Shown here: positions 12,138-26,915 of the stretch, piece after piece
Position numbering within the stretch: position 1 is the stretch's first letter
Layout: each line of letters opens with the position of its first letter
Source of the DNA: the human T2T-CHM13v2.0 reference genome, Homo sapiens
DNA length: 64,000 bases
Assembly: GCF_009914755.1 (NCBI RefSeq)
Contig: NC_060937.1
Reading direction: 5' to 3' (one strand)
Notes under the pieces: model-generated
Told to the model about the DNA's origin: nothing
What the model saw: the letters and a program-made list of their open reading frames with translations, nothing else
Databases searched by the model: none
Program-made: the position numbers and the translations under genes

Positions 12138-13142
12138 GGGACGATATCTCTGGGTTAGAGAGGATGGGGATGAAATCGTGAAAACTGGAAGCTTAGAAAT
12201 GTTTACGACTGGGTGAAAGGAGGTAGTCAGTGGTTATACATTATTTACATGATCAATTCATCCCAGATCATGGAACCCCCTGACGCTAAATCAAACAGAG
12301 ATCAAACAAATGTGTTTTATTTTCTGCCAGCTAATGAATGCTCACACACATATATATGTAATCATTGTTGTAAATTATTCAGTCTCCTGCCCTGGTAATG
12401 CACCGCTGCTCTCTGAGCATGCTCAAGAGTCATTTATCACATCACTTTAGAATCAGCTCCTCCAGAAGATTTCCTTTAATATCTTTACTGACTTTTCAAG
12501 AGTTCAGCAACAACCGATTAATTCCTTTTTATCCTGCCCCAAATGTCCCAAATATTTTCATATTGCCTTAAAATATTTATCTTGGGCCAGTTTCCAATCT
12601 TGCTTGATTCTTCATCTCATCTTGCTTCAAGGAGAAATTTCCTTTGATGTCCATAGTAAACTACTTCCTTGAAAGGCTACATGTGGTTGTTTAAGAGGAT
12701 TAGAAAGAAACTTGGTCAGATCACTCTGTCAAGCTGTCAAGGCTTTCATCTTTTCAACCTACCTCCTGTGAATTCCTTGAGACCCTCTAACCTGTATGAA
12801 TATGTTTTCCATTTTTTTGTGGAGGGTGGTAGTTTTTGTTGTTGTCTGCCCTTTAAAAAATTATTCTCATCACTGAATGGCACCATGGCCCCAAATATCT
12901 GCATTAGAAATATTTACCCAAAGGTAATCTTCTACCACATGCTCCCAATTTAGTGTAAAATTACATAGTAAATTCTGACTAATGACTGTGTTTGAAATAA
13001 TTTTTCTTTGCTCTTTTATTTTTTTTAACACATTTCTACTCATCTTTCCATAGCTTCTACAAATACCACTCTCTCTTGTAAAACCTTTCTTTATTTCTCC
13101 TGGGCAGAATTAATCACATTTTCTTCTGGATACCTCTACTAG

Positions 13143-13600
13143 TTCATTCATTCATTCATTCTGCAGTTGCTTATTGAAGTCTACTATACGTCACATATTG
13201 TACTGATTCTGAGTATAGATATAAGAAAACTCCCTGCTTTTTTAGATCAGTGAAAAAGAAGAGTAAATAAATAGTTATTACAGTGTCATAACTTCGATGA
13301 TAGAGGAAGCAGAAGATGCTGTGGAAAGAGAATGGGGGAACTCAATTTGGACTGAGTCTCAAAGGATGAATGACGGTTTTCCAGTTGTAGGGGGCAAGAT
13401 GGACATTTTGGTGAGAGGAAGCAGTCTGAGCCGGGCAGGCCTCTTTAGGAGAATTATATGTAGCTGCAAAAGGCTAGAGCACGATACATGTGCAGGTCTA
13501 ACTAGGCACTTGGAAAGGAAGGCAAAGCCATGCTGAGTCACTTGGGAAGCCACTGAAGGTTTATTCCTAAGAAAGTGACATGATATACCTTTTCATATTA
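13143..13600 (-). mobile_element. L2 LINE 3' end
   Basis: (TTCA)n terminus followed by ttattgaagtctactat...gtactg, typical antisense L2 end. Confidence 0.65.
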
Positions 13601-13770
13601 TCTTTCTATAAAAGAGTTAACCAAAGGGGAAGAAAAAAGACAATATAAGGAAGTAAAAGCTAAGAGTAATATCTGTAACAAATAAAATACGTGGATTAAT
13701 ATTCTTAATAAATGCCTTAAAATCAGTTAGGAAAAGTACTAACATTCCAGTAGTAGGCAAAGGACACATT

Positions 13771-14988
13771 TTTTGCTTATATTATTCTTTTTAATTGACA
13801 CATATTAATTGTGCATATTTATGGGGTACAAAGTGATATTTTGATATGTGCATACGATGTGTAATGATATCCACCACCTGTAAAATTTATGATGTTTTGT
13901 GTGAGGAACATTCAAAATCCACTCTTCTAGCTATTTAAAAATATACAATAATTTATTGTTAATAATTGTCACCCTACAGTGGTATAGAACACTAGAACTT
14001 ATTCTTCCTCTCTAGCTATAATTTTGTATTCCTTAACCAATTTCTGGCTGCCCTCCCTTTCTTCTACCATTCCCACCCTCTAGTGACTCTTATTTTACTC
14101 TCTGAGATCAATGTTTTTAGCTACATATGAGTCAGACCACACAGTTGTTTTTTTTTTTTTTTTTGTGCCTGGCTTATTTCATTTAACATTACGTCCTCCG
14201 AATTCATCCACATTGCCATAAATAACAGGATTATCTTCTTTTTTATGGCTGAATATCAATAGTATTCCATGGCATATAGAGAGAGTATATTTTCTTTATC
14301 CATTCGTCTGTTGATAGACACTTAGGTTGGTTCCATATCTTGGCTATTGTGACTAGTGCTGCAATAAACACGGGAGTGCAGATATATCTTCAATATTCTG
14401 ATTTCCTTTCCTTTGGATATATACCCAGTAGTAGGCTAGCTGGATCATATGGTAATTCTATTTTTAGTTTTCTGAGGAACCTCCATACTATTTTCAATAA
14501 TGGCTGGACTATTTTTCATTCATATCAAGAGTGTGTGAGAGTTCCCCTTTCTGCACATCTTCACCAGCATTTTTAATTTTTTGTCCTTTTGTCTACAGCC
14601 ATTCTGACTGGGGTGACATGGTATCTCATTGTGGTTTTGATTTACATTTCCCTGATGATTAGTGATGTTGAGCATTTTTTCCTATTCCTGTTGGCCATTT
14701 GTATGTCTTCTTTGGAGAGATGTCCATTCAACTAATTTGCCTATTTTAATTTTTTTTTTTTTAACTGTTGAGTTGTTTGAGTTCCTTGTATAGTATGGAT
14801 ATCAATCCCTTGTCATGTGAATAGTTTGCAAATATTTTCTTCCAGTCTGCAGGTTGTCTCTGCAATATGTTAATTGTTTCCTTTGCTGTGCAGACACTTT
14901 TGTTTGATAAAATTCTAGTTGTTTATTTTCTCTTTGGTTGCCTGTGCTTTTGAGATCTTCTCTATAAAATCTTTGCCCAGCCCAATAA
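13771..14988 (-). mobile_element. L1MA-type LINE-1, 5'-truncated
   Basis: Antisense L1MA 3'UTR and ORF2 end (ggtatctcattgtggttttgatttacatttccctgatg); possible TSD aaaggacacat / aaaggaaacat. Confidence 0.9.
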
Positions 14989-15507
14989 AAGGAAACATAC
15001 TGACAGTTCATAAAACGTTAACATGGTTTTTCTTTACATGCTGGAATTAATGCCTTATTTTTAGTGTCTTCTGTATCTATTTCTGTACTTTCCAAATTAT
15101 CCATAATGATCATATATTACTTTTAAAGTTCTTTCTTAATGGAAAAAGAATAATTTAAAGGATCGCTCTGGTAATGTAAACAAATTTGAGGAGAGTCAGA
15201 TGAAGGAGTGAATCATTTTGCAAAGCAATGAGCATCTCAAAAGAGGTGTGGCTGCAGGGTGAAGAAGGGGAACCAAACTAAAGAAATGTTTAGAGAGGAA
15301 ATAAGATATGGTGATTAATAATATTCGATGTTGTATATATGGATTTGGAGTTTGGGAAAATGCTTATGGATTTATCAGCACTGTTGTTTCCTAAATTATT
15401 GTAGAAGGATCTATTTGTATAGGAGGCACATCAATAATCCAGATCATTTTCAGAAATCTGGTTTGAAATTAAGTGATCAAAGAAGCACACAGCACATGTG
15501 ATTACAT

Positions 15508-15745
15508 CAGTGTTTTCTATGAGATGTTAACAGATGTTACAAGATGAAGGACTTCCCTGGACAGAAAATTGGGGGAACATCAGGTTAACAAACTTTATAT
15601 ATGTATTTAAGGCATAGAGTTTCTCAGATTCTTTAATATGCTGAAGTGCACTATGAATCATTAATAGTGGCATATAGTATGCAGCATTTCCCAAAACTGT
15701 TTTACAGTAGGCCACTTTTTTCAGACTATCTCTGGGAAAAATGTT
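15508..15745. mobile_element. hAT-Charlie DNA transposon remnant (MER103-like)
   Basis: ttctcagattctttaatatgct...atagtatgcagcatttcccaaaact motif recalled from MER103. Confidence 0.5.
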
Positions 15746-16276
15746 TTATAATAGCAACCAGAAACCATGGATTACACATTTGCAAATGTATTCTAAATAC
15801 AAAATTTTCACTGGAACTAGAAGTAAAAATAATAAAGTAAGAAGAAGCAGGGAACATCTATTATACTACATACAATAGTAACAAATCTAAAGAAGGCTTA
15901 TGTCACGAGAAGTGAGATGGTTACCAATAAAGCATAGAAATACAGACAAAAGAGGAATAGTTAAGAATTCATAAGGGAAAAGAATGGGGTGGCCTTCTCT
16001 ATGGACTTGCCCAATATAGTCTCTAGAAAGAATTTCCCTGCTTTAAGGGTGGATGCATTATGAGGCTATCCCATTAATTAAACCTGGATTCAGTGTGTAG
16101 CAGTATCTCTCTTTATAAAGTAATATATTAATGAATTAGCGTTCTCCTTGTATATAATATACTTATACACCTCCATGAAGTATGCATGTATGATTAAATC
16201 AATTGAGCTTGCTTAATTCTGGGGTTTGAAAACTGAGTTTCTGGATTTACAAAATAAGGGTCAAACAATAAAGCAC

Positions 16277-16583
16277 TTATTTATTTATTTATTTATTTAT
16301 TTTAGAGACAGAGTCTCTCTCTCTGCCACCCAGGCTAGAGTGCAGTGGATGATCATGCTTCCCTGCAGCATCAAACTCCTGGGCTCAAGCAATCCCCCCA
16401 TCTCAGCCTCCCAAGTAGCTGAGACAACAGGTGTGTGCCACCACGCCCAGCTAATTTATGTTTTAATTTTTGGTAGAGATAGGGTCACTATGTTGCCTAG
16501 GCTTGAACTTCTGGCCTTAAGCAATCCTTTCACCTCGGCCTCCCAAAGTGTTGGGATTACAGGTGTGAGCCACCATGTTCCAC
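16277..16583 (-). mobile_element. AluJ
   Basis: (TTTA)n tail; J diagnostics (ctgcagc..caaactcctgggctcaagc, ctatgttgcc); TSD caataaagcactt / caataaaacactt. Confidence 0.92.
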
Positions 16584-17879
16584 CAATAAAACACTTTAAA
16601 TCCTCCAAGATAATTCAACTCACTTTCCTCTGCCAGCACCCTCTACTTTCCCACAGGCTTTCTTCTGAACTTCAACAACATCTTGGGGTGGAGCTTTTTC
16701 ATCTTGATATCACCACTTTGTAGAAAAATGATAGACACATAATTGCTACCAGAAGAACATAGTACTTTATTTGTCATGGAAAATTGTAGCAAGAATAATT
16801 GTGGTCTTTGTTTTTAAGAGTCTTGTCTGTGATAAACAGCCCAGTGATAGGCTATGAAACCACGAAACATATGATCCAACTGTTCCTTTTAGTCAGGATA
16901 TTTCTTGGCTAGCTCCATAAAGGATATGATCCTATTTCTGGGTTGTACCTGAGTTATGGTATGAGTCTTAAATAAATAATGAGGCTGTTCTTTGATGCAG
17001 AATTTGCCTTTGATTCATCTTCTAATAATTTTCACTTTGTTAACAGATATATGCAGCCAACTGCAGGAAAAAGAAAGTTGCATTTGCAGTGCTTCCAGCT
17101 CTCACATTGGCCATTGCCTCAAGAATGGATGATAAATGTGTCACTTTCTGTTCTTGTTGTAATCTCTGTAATAAGAGCTGATTCGTGTTTTTCTGTTTTG
17201 CATTCTCCTTGTATTCTCTGTCAGGAGAAATGGTGATTTGTGTTTTTCAAAATGGAATATGAGCACCTATGCACTTTTAATAGGCTGATAAACAGTTGTA
17301 TTCCACTTGGTAAATATTTCCTGCTTTGAGTGACTGTCCATTCCAGCTCATCCCCATTCATGTAGCATGAGGAAAGGCAAGAGCTAGGTGAGCTGGAAAT
17401 AGACAATGCATCAACACTTAAAAAGCTGAGGTCAAAGCATTAGTTTATTACCATCATGTTTCACGGAATGTATGAACCATTAAAATTCTAGCATTGTGCC
17501 ATATTATCGTGATAAAATTTGTAATGGGAAAAAGGAATGATACCAAATGAGTATGTCCTAATGGTACTGGTGATATCATAAGCAAGAAATGGTCCAAACC
17601 AAGACCATTCTTTCTATAACACTAAAGTGAAAAACTAATGCTCCCGATCTAAAGCCCAAGACTCTACCTATATACCAGAGACAGTAAAAATAACATCAGA
17701 ATGATAAATAATGTCATATTTTAGTGGACAATGGGAGGCAAGTAATTGTTCTTAATCCAACAACATGATAACTATTTTTAACATTTTTTGCCCAGTTTTA
17801 AATGTGTCTCTTCCATTTCTTTTGTTTGTAATACAACAGTAGTAAGAATTTGTGCTATGTATACTATATTTGTTAAACA

Positions 17880-18075
17880 TTCAGTCAGACATTGGTGTCA
17901 GAAGTCTAGTTCTGCATTCACTAGTGGTACAATCCCTGTATTACTTGCTCTTTCCACATCTCCATTTCCTCATCTGTAAAATGAGATAAAGAATATATCC
18001 ACTTCAAAGGGTTGCTGTGAAATTAAATATAAAGCATAGCTCATAAGAACTGAAATAAGCAACAATTACTATTAG
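17880..18075 (+). mobile_element. MIR SINE
   Basis: Core tttcctcatctgtaaaatgagata...agggttgctgtgaaattaaat. Confidence 0.75.
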
Positions 18076-18947
18076 TAATAGCAGTCATCATGTAATAGGG
18101 GGAATGCTTTCATCATTTTCCCAGCTCAGTAGGCAATTTCAAGGCGATTTTATAGGGTTGCACTTTGCTCAAAGGCAAAATTCACCCTTTACATCAAGGT
18201 GTCCCGACCTCCCCACCTTGTTTGGGAAGGTGGAGTATGTAAGCATGTGGGCATATCTGACAGAGATTGCCCACATGAATGGGTCAGATGGCGAGCTGGG
18301 CAAGCTTCCAGAGCTCAGTTGAGGCTAACTCCCAAGGAGGCAATTGATGGACAAAGTGCTAACTCTTGAAGTTCAGTGGTCATAAGTGGCCACTAAGACC
18401 AGGGTACTGTGCTAGATTGCACCTGCCCCGTGGTCCTGCTAGTGAGGGAGACTTCCAGCCCTCTGTGCCCTCTTGGCCTCTCACATGCTGCTCATGCACA
18501 CGGGCTCCCCATCTTCCACACTTCCTTCTCCTAGACACTGAAAGTCATTTAGCTTCTTGGTGTGGAAAAACATCACTATACAAGTATACAACCAAATATT
18601 TATTTCTTTTAGGTCAGATAGCTGTTTGCTTGTCCATTTTGTTTTACTGTTTTTGCCTTGCTTTGGGGCCTCTTTTCTGACTCTGCTGTGAATGACTGAA
18701 ACTGATTTTGGAGGAATAAAATAATTTTCAGTGAACTCAGAGACATGCAAAAAGTTCTCCATGTTAATACTTTAAATATGATCCCATGATAATAAGAAAT
18801 AAAGATTTCTACCTTCAATCTGGATCAAAAACCAAATATAAATATCCTCTTTAACATATATTTGGTATTTTGACATATGGACAACCCCTTGTAACAGGAT
18901 TTTAAAATAACTTTCCCCCCTAATCTTAAGAGTAATACATGTTCATT

Positions 18948-19482
18948 GTTTCTTAATTTGAATCCCCCAAAGCTGACCCCGATGCAAGAATTGAGATGCA
19001 AGTTGTTTATTTGGGATGTGATTTTAGGAAGTGGGAGTGATCCTGAGGGAGTAGGGGAAGAAGGCCGGTGAGGGATCCCAAGTTATTTATTTAGGATGTG
19101 ATCTTAGGAAGTGGGGTGATCCTGAGGGAGTGGGGCAAGAAAGCTAGGGGAGGGAGGGAAGCCAATAAGGAGTGCGTTCATGAGTCAGTTTTTCACGTGG
19201 GCAACTGGACTTAATCTCACTGAGGACTCTCTCGGAGATGGTATCAAGCCCCAGAATCAATCCAGAGGGACAAGAAATGTGGGGTCTTTACCCACTTACC
19301 ATCACTCATAGAACATCATCTCTCCAGCAGTTCTGACCCACCACATTCAAGCCAAGCATATTCCCACGTTAGAGGCTTGAGGTAGGAAGCTGTAGGTGTG
19401 TTATGAAACCGTTTATTGAAACCACAGGTGATCCCAGGTGGGCCAATCAGGTATAAACAGTGAACCTACAGCATCTGCTACA
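18948..19482. mobile_element. ERVL LTR (LTR33-like) with an internal ~79-bp duplication
   Basis: gctgaccccgatgcaagaattgagatgcaagttgtttatttggga...ggaagccaataagg...tgggcaactgga motifs. Confidence 0.6.
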
Positions 19483-19550
19483 TTTGTTAAAACAAGCACA
19501 CAAAGCACCGTCATTTCATTGCACGAAGATCACTACTATTCACGTTTCTT

Positions 19551-19853
19551 TTGGGTTTGTTTGTTTGTTTTTGGGGACGGAGTTTCACTTTTGTCGCCCA
19601 GGCTGGAGCACAATGGTGCAATCTCGGCTCACTGCAACCTCCACCTCCTGGTTCAAGAGATTCTCCTGCCTCAGCCTCCTGAGTAGTTGGGATTACAGGC
19701 GCCTGCCATCACGCCCGGCTAATTTTTGATTTTCAGTAGAGATGGGGTTTCGCCATGTTGGCCAGCCTGGCCTCGAACTCCTGACTTCAGTTGATCCTCC
19801 TGCCTCGCCTCCCAAAGTGTTGGGATTACAGGCGTGAGCCACCACACCTGGCC
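19551..19853 (-). mobile_element. Alu (AluS)
   Basis: Antisense dimer; TSD tattcacgtttctt (19537-19550) / tattcacatttctt (19854-19867). Confidence 0.95.
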
Positions 19854-20029
19854 TATTCACATTTCTTATATGCCCTTCCAGGAGCATTTTAAAACATAAA
19901 ATGAGGTGGCAAATGCAATCTTTTTAAACTTGCCCTTTCCCCGATAGTAGGACCTGACAGTAATAAGCAAGTGTTATTCTCAGTAGAATAATATTGTACA
20001 ACTGAGTCAGGACCTGAACCTTGACTTAT

Positions 20030-20665
20030 ACCAGTTAGTGTTCAAGTTGATAAAGCTTCGGCTTCTGTGGTATTTAAAATGAAAGAGATTTAAAACTGGA
20101 AAATAGGCATTTATAAAAGTATTGGGTGAGTGCAAAAGTGAGTTCTAGAATGGGCCTCCCGGAATAACTTTCAGAAAATCACCACTGAACTGGCTCACCA
20201 GTGGAGTTGCTACCTCTACCTCAATCAGGAAGGTGGGAAATTTAGAAAACACTGGAACTTCAGGAATGCACCTCACTAGCAGCAATCTAGGGACCAGGAA
20301 GCTGATATCACTACAGTGAAGTCACACCATATCTGTCAGATATATTTCTTTTAAAAAAAGGAAAAGGAGGTTGCCACCCAGTCTCTATCCCTATAAAGCT
20401 GATAACTAAAATCTACTTCAGAATACAGCCTATTGCCAGGGTTGTGCTGCCAACTAAAATGGTAGAAGTATTCCAAAACCTAGTCTTTTACATTATTTCT
20501 GCTTTCCAAATCTCCCATAAATGCATCTAATTGGCAGAAACTAAAGCCTAGCTGCAAGGAAGCCTGGAGATGTAGCTTTTAGGTTTATTATTCTGAAGTA
20601 GAGGAAATTGCACTAGAAGGGCCCTGGAATGATGCAGAGGAAGCAAATCCACAGTGTCCTCCACA
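20030..20665 (-). mobile_element. Ancient LTR remnant (MLT1M/N- or LTR78-like)
   Basis: gcatctaattggcagaaact...cctagctgcaaggaagcctggagatgtag motif; family uncertain. Confidence 0.4.
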
Positions 20666-20934
20666 GATATTTTTTCTTCAAAGTAAATGCATCTGTACTC
20701 ATTCAACCACACTCTCTTGATCCACCGATGATCAAAGGTATAGCTTAGACTTAAGATGCAGCCTGCATAAAGTCTTAGGGCAATGTAAAGTTAATTGGCC
20801 CACAAATTGATCAAAATTTTAACTTTGGAATCATTAATGACACTAAACATATTTGCATACTTTAATATTAACAACCTAGTTTTTAAATCCATAGATTTAG
20901 GCTTGCAGAATTGAATGAAGATCAATTCACTTAA

Positions 20935-21100
20935 CAATATTATCTAGGATATATTTGAGGAATCAGGAAAATGACTATCTTCCCAGAAGACTAGAGAGAT
21001 GGATCAATATTATACCTGTTTTCAAAAATGTGAGAAGGCTGGATTCCAGAAATTTGCCACTAGAAAGTTTGATTTCTATCCTTGCAAGAAATAATGGAAT
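20935..21100 (+). mobile_element. CR1/L3 LINE reverse-transcriptase-region fossil
   Basis: cccagaagactagagagatgg..aatattatacctgttttcaaaaa...gattccagaaatt...agtttgatttctatccttgcaag resembles CR1 PEDWRRANVVPIFKKG..DPGNYRPVSLTSIPGK. Confidence 0.65.
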
Positions 21101-21234
21101 TTAAGTACAGCTTGGTTCCATGAGAAGAGGGATGCTGTTAGGCCCTAAGTAAGTTCTTCTTTCATCTCTGTCTTTGAATCTGTCTTGTCTCTCATCTCTG
21201 CCTCTTTCGGTACATCCTTTTCATTCTTTTCACC

Positions 21235-21672
21235 TGTATTTATTTCTTAAGGCTGCCATAACAATTTGCTATAAACTAGGCTGCTTGAAACAATTTATTT
21301 TCTCACAGTTCTAAAGGCCAGAAGTCTAAAGTGAAGGTGTTGGCAAGGTTTGTTCCTTCTGGAGATGCTGAGGGAAAATCTGTTCCATGCCCCTTCCTGG
21401 TTTGTGGGAGTTGCTGGCAATCCTTGGCATTCCTTGGCTTATGGATGTATAATTTTAATCTCTGCCTCTGTCTTTAGGTCACTTTTTCCTCTTTGTTTTC
21501 TCCCCTTCTCTCCTCTTGTAATAGCATTTGTTTTTGGATTTAGGCCCAATCTAATCCACAATGATCTCATCTCCAGATCTTAATTACATCTGCAAAGACG
21601 CATTTGCCAAATGTCACACTCACAGGTTTGGGAGGACACCTCTTTTGAAGGACCTCCAGTCAACCCACTACA
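21235..21672 (-). mobile_element. MaLR LTR (MLT1C-like)
   Basis: tgtatt...ggctgccataacaa...ctcacagttctaaaggccagaagtc...caacccactaca. Confidence 0.85.
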
Positions 21673-21859
21673 TTATCAAAGATGGGTTTCCTAAGCATGC
21701 CCATGGGTCTTGATTCCCTGTAACCTAAATTCACATGTAATTCTTTGGTGACCACAGTTAAAACCAACATTCTATAACTCAAGAACTTTGTATCCCTAAA
21801 TCTACATGATTCAATCAATTATTTGTTAGAGCACTGCATTCATATTTTTTTTCTAATTT

Positions 21860-23250
<1,391 letters not shown>

Positions 23251-23264
23251 CTTTCTTTCTCATT

Positions 23265-26080
23265 CTCAATAGCAAATAAAAGAGACAAAATACCTGACAT
23301 AAACTTAATAAAAATGTGCAAAATTTGGTGATTAAAACTTAACACCCTCCAGGCGGATGTCTAAATGGAAAGATGTATCTAAATAGTAAGATATACCATA
23401 TTCTTGGATAAGTAGATCCAATATCAGAATTCAACTCTAAGTTGTCCTAAATTAATTTATAATCACTAATTCATACTATCTTAATGAAAATACTAAGACT
23501 TTTTCTGAAGTCAGGAAAACTGATCCCAAGTTTACTTGGAAAATTAAATAAGCAAGGAAGACCAGAAAAAAATTCCTTTAAAATCTGAAAGTAGTAACAG
23601 AGCACAGGCTTACATAGATATTAAAATATATCATAAATCCTCATTAAGTAAAGCATTATGTCATTAGCACATGAATAAATAGACCAATGGAACAGAATAG
23701 AAGGTTCTTAGCTAAATCTCAAAATATGCCAAAATTCAGTATATGGATGAACATGAAATCTCAAGTAGGATAAATATGGAATTTGTAATAAATAATCTTG
23801 GGATAGGAAGTTATCCATTTGGAAAAAGACAAAAATGAATATATACCTCGCCTTACAAACCAAGAAAAACTCCAAATTCGTCAAATATATAAGAAGGGAA
23901 ATGAGACCATAAGATAACTAAAAGAAAATCTAAGTTAATTTCTTTATAACCTTGGACCTATAAATTTGATGCAAAATGCAGAGACCATACAAAAGGAGAT
24001 AGAAAATTTGACTAAATAAAAATCAAAAACTTTTGCAAGACAAAAGAAAAAACTGTAATCTGAGGAAAAAACACAAAGGGTAAATAGCGACCATTTCTTT
24101 GCGATTTATACTACAGACAAATGGCTAATCTTCCTTATATAAACCGGTCCCAGAAATTGAGATGAAAAAAAACCCAATAACTCAATAGAATAATAAGCAT
24201 AATGTATAAATAGATGGTTTACCCAAAAATGCAGATGATTCTTAAATATATGAAATCATGCTCCTCCTCTTTTATAAAAAGAAAAATTCCAATTAAAACT
24301 AGACTGACAAATCTTTTATTACCTGTGAAGCTGGCAAAATCCAAAAGTATGAATCTATACGCTGTGGAGCTGAGGGAAAAAGATGACTCTCTTGCATTGT
24401 TAGTAGAAGTACTAGATGGTACAATACATACGGGGGAATCTGGCAACATCTAACAACAATTAAGTACGTATTTTGTCGACTAAGTAATTTTGCTTTCAGA
24501 AATCTATTCTACCAATACATAGGAATAAAAAGACATGTGTGCAAGGTTGTTTGGAAATAACTTCAAGTTCAGCAAGGGAACAGATTTAATAAACAATCCA
24601 TAGAATAAAATACTATGCATCCGTCAAAAAATGAGTATGGGCTTAGTAAAGTGATTTGAGAAATCTCCAGAATATATTTTAGGAGGAAAAAGCATAATGT
24701 TTAGGTAAAATACAAGATGAGTATGGAACATCTATTTGTGCCAAAAAGTAAGACAGTATTCAAAGACTAATGGAAATAGGTGAACTGAATATAGGATCAG
24801 GTCAAATTTAAAACATCGAAGTTTGAGAATCAGAAAGAATAATGACAGTAATGTACTATAATATATGAGTTAAAAACATCCATGGGACCAAAATGTTACT
24901 AAATTTAATAATGTGTATATGGAAGGCAGCTCTTGTTAGTAAGAATTTTAGCTATAATAATTGTAGAAGGAATGACAGAATTTGAAAACTACCATTTTCC
25001 CGCCTCAATGCGATAATTAATTCAGACAAGAATCATCAAAGAATAGTAAGAATTATTAGATGAAAGTCTGGGCCATGGGAAACAGGATAATCATAGAGTC
25101 TTAAGGGAAAAGTTAAAAAGGGAAAGGTGACCTTTACAATGGAGAAATTCGGTGAACAACCTCAACCAAGTAATCAAATGTAAGGAAATCAATAAAGGAA
25201 AAAACTGGTTCAGGACCTCCTGATGTGCTGCATGGGAAGGACATAACATCACCTATGTAGTAGTCTTACCAAAATAACTGTCCTAAATGTAAAATAAGAA
25301 AACCATCAGATAAATAGCATATGAGATGTTCCACCAAACATCTGGTATAATATCAGGAAAGACAAGAAATTTGTGGTAAATTTTTCCAGGTAAAAGGCTA
25401 CTAAAGAGACATAAAACTAAATGCACTTTGTGATTTCCTGAATCAGAGAAAACGTAGAGGACATTTGTGGCACGATTGGGGAAACCTGAATAAGGATTTT
25501 ATATTAGATGTTATTGAATCAATATTAACTTTGCAAGGTATAAAAAGGTATTTTGCTTACTTAGAAGTTACACATTGATGTATTTAGGAATAATGTGTCA
25601 TATTTGCAACTTACTTTCAAATGGTTCAGTAAAACAACAAAAAAGATGACTAGACAGAGAAAGGTAAAGGTGGCAAAATGTTAAAAACTGGAAAATCTAG
25701 GTGAAGTAGATATGTGTTTATGCTGACATTCTTTTCTGTTTTCTTTACTACTGATTTTATATTCTTTCAAATAAACACTGAATAGTGAATATTTAAAACT
25801 ATGACTCTTTTTCAAAACAAATTGAACAGTATATCTAAAATGCTGCCTTTGTGGCAGAAATAAAGAGAAACAAAAATATTCGTATTTACATAAAGAAATC
25901 TTGGAAATATAAATTTTAAAATCTAATAAAATTTTTTTTAATAGGGAGGAGAGAAGAGTGTGAGGATAAGATTCTCAGTATATCTCAGTATATAACTTTT
26001 TACATTGTTTGCTTAAGTATGTAAATGTAATACCTATTCGGAAAGAAAATTAAATGTAAAATACAATAAATTATAGAAGA
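23265..26080 (+). mobile_element. Old L1 (L1M/L1ME) ORF2 and 3'UTR fragments
   Basis: A-rich sense L1 motifs (agaccaatggaacagaatagaa, tgactaaataaaaatcaaaaacttttgc, acctttacaatggagaaa); probably several fragments. Confidence 0.7.
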
Positions 26081-26084
26081 AAGA

Positions 26085-26265
26085 ACATGGACTCTGAAGT
26101 TCAAACTTCTTACGCTTCATCCAGTTCAATTACTTACTGCTTCAGGCAAATTTCTAAAGTCTTGCTTCAGTTTCCCTATCTGTAAAATGAAGATAATAAT
26201 ACCCAGCTGCTAGAGTTGTTAAAGTAAGTGTTAAAGTACTTAAACATGCCTGGTATTCAGCAAAG
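26085..26265 (+). mobile_element. MIR SINE
   Basis: cttcagtttccctatctgtaaaatgaagataataatacc core. Confidence 0.75.
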
Positions 26266-26729
26266 GAAGTTTCCCAAAGGAAAGAGTCCTCAAGCCACTA
26301 GTAGATAAAATAGAAAATGTCTCCTTCTTTTTTTTTTTTTTAACAAAAGCTAAACTTAGTATCCTAAAAGAAAAAACAATTCTAAGATTTTAGAATTTCC
26401 ACAATGGCAGGGGCTGCTTCATGGCATGAGTTTCCTAGAGTCACGGAGTGATGAAGCTAGATATGTCTTTAAATATCACAAAGCCTACCCATTCTTTAAC
26501 AAAGTTCCATGGATGGTGGCAGAGATGGGCCAAGAACTCAGACATAGGTTTCTCTGTTCAGCATCTTGTTATGTGTTACGGGAGTCACTCAGGCTGAGAC
26601 CACACTCTTTCATTTAATAAATGGTTTTTGAATGGCTACATGCTGGGTGCCTGGATTTAGCGATGAATAAAAATGTCTGCCCTCTGCGGAGAAGTGAGGG
26701 GTGGGGAGGGGAGAAGAAAGAGATTAAAA

Positions 26730-26915
26730 GATCACAAAGGGGCATGATGAGGCTTTTGGGGGTGATGGATATGTTCGTTATTTTTACTCTGGGGTGGTGG
26801 CTTTACAGGTATATGCTTATGTCAAAATACATAAAAAATACGTCAAACTTAACACTCTAAATATGTGCAGTTTATACCACAATAAAGATGTTAAAAATAA
26901 AAGTAAATAAAAAGA
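26730..26915 (+). mobile_element. L1ME 3'-terminal fragment
   Basis: tttgggggtgatggatatgttc...tatgtcaaaa...cactctaaatatgtgcagttt...aataaagatgttaaaa. Confidence 0.7.

Noticed and set aside
16226-16723. 165-aa ORF (and similar ORFs at 9399, 19438, 32051, 44186, 53393)
   Set aside because: Antisense Alu translations
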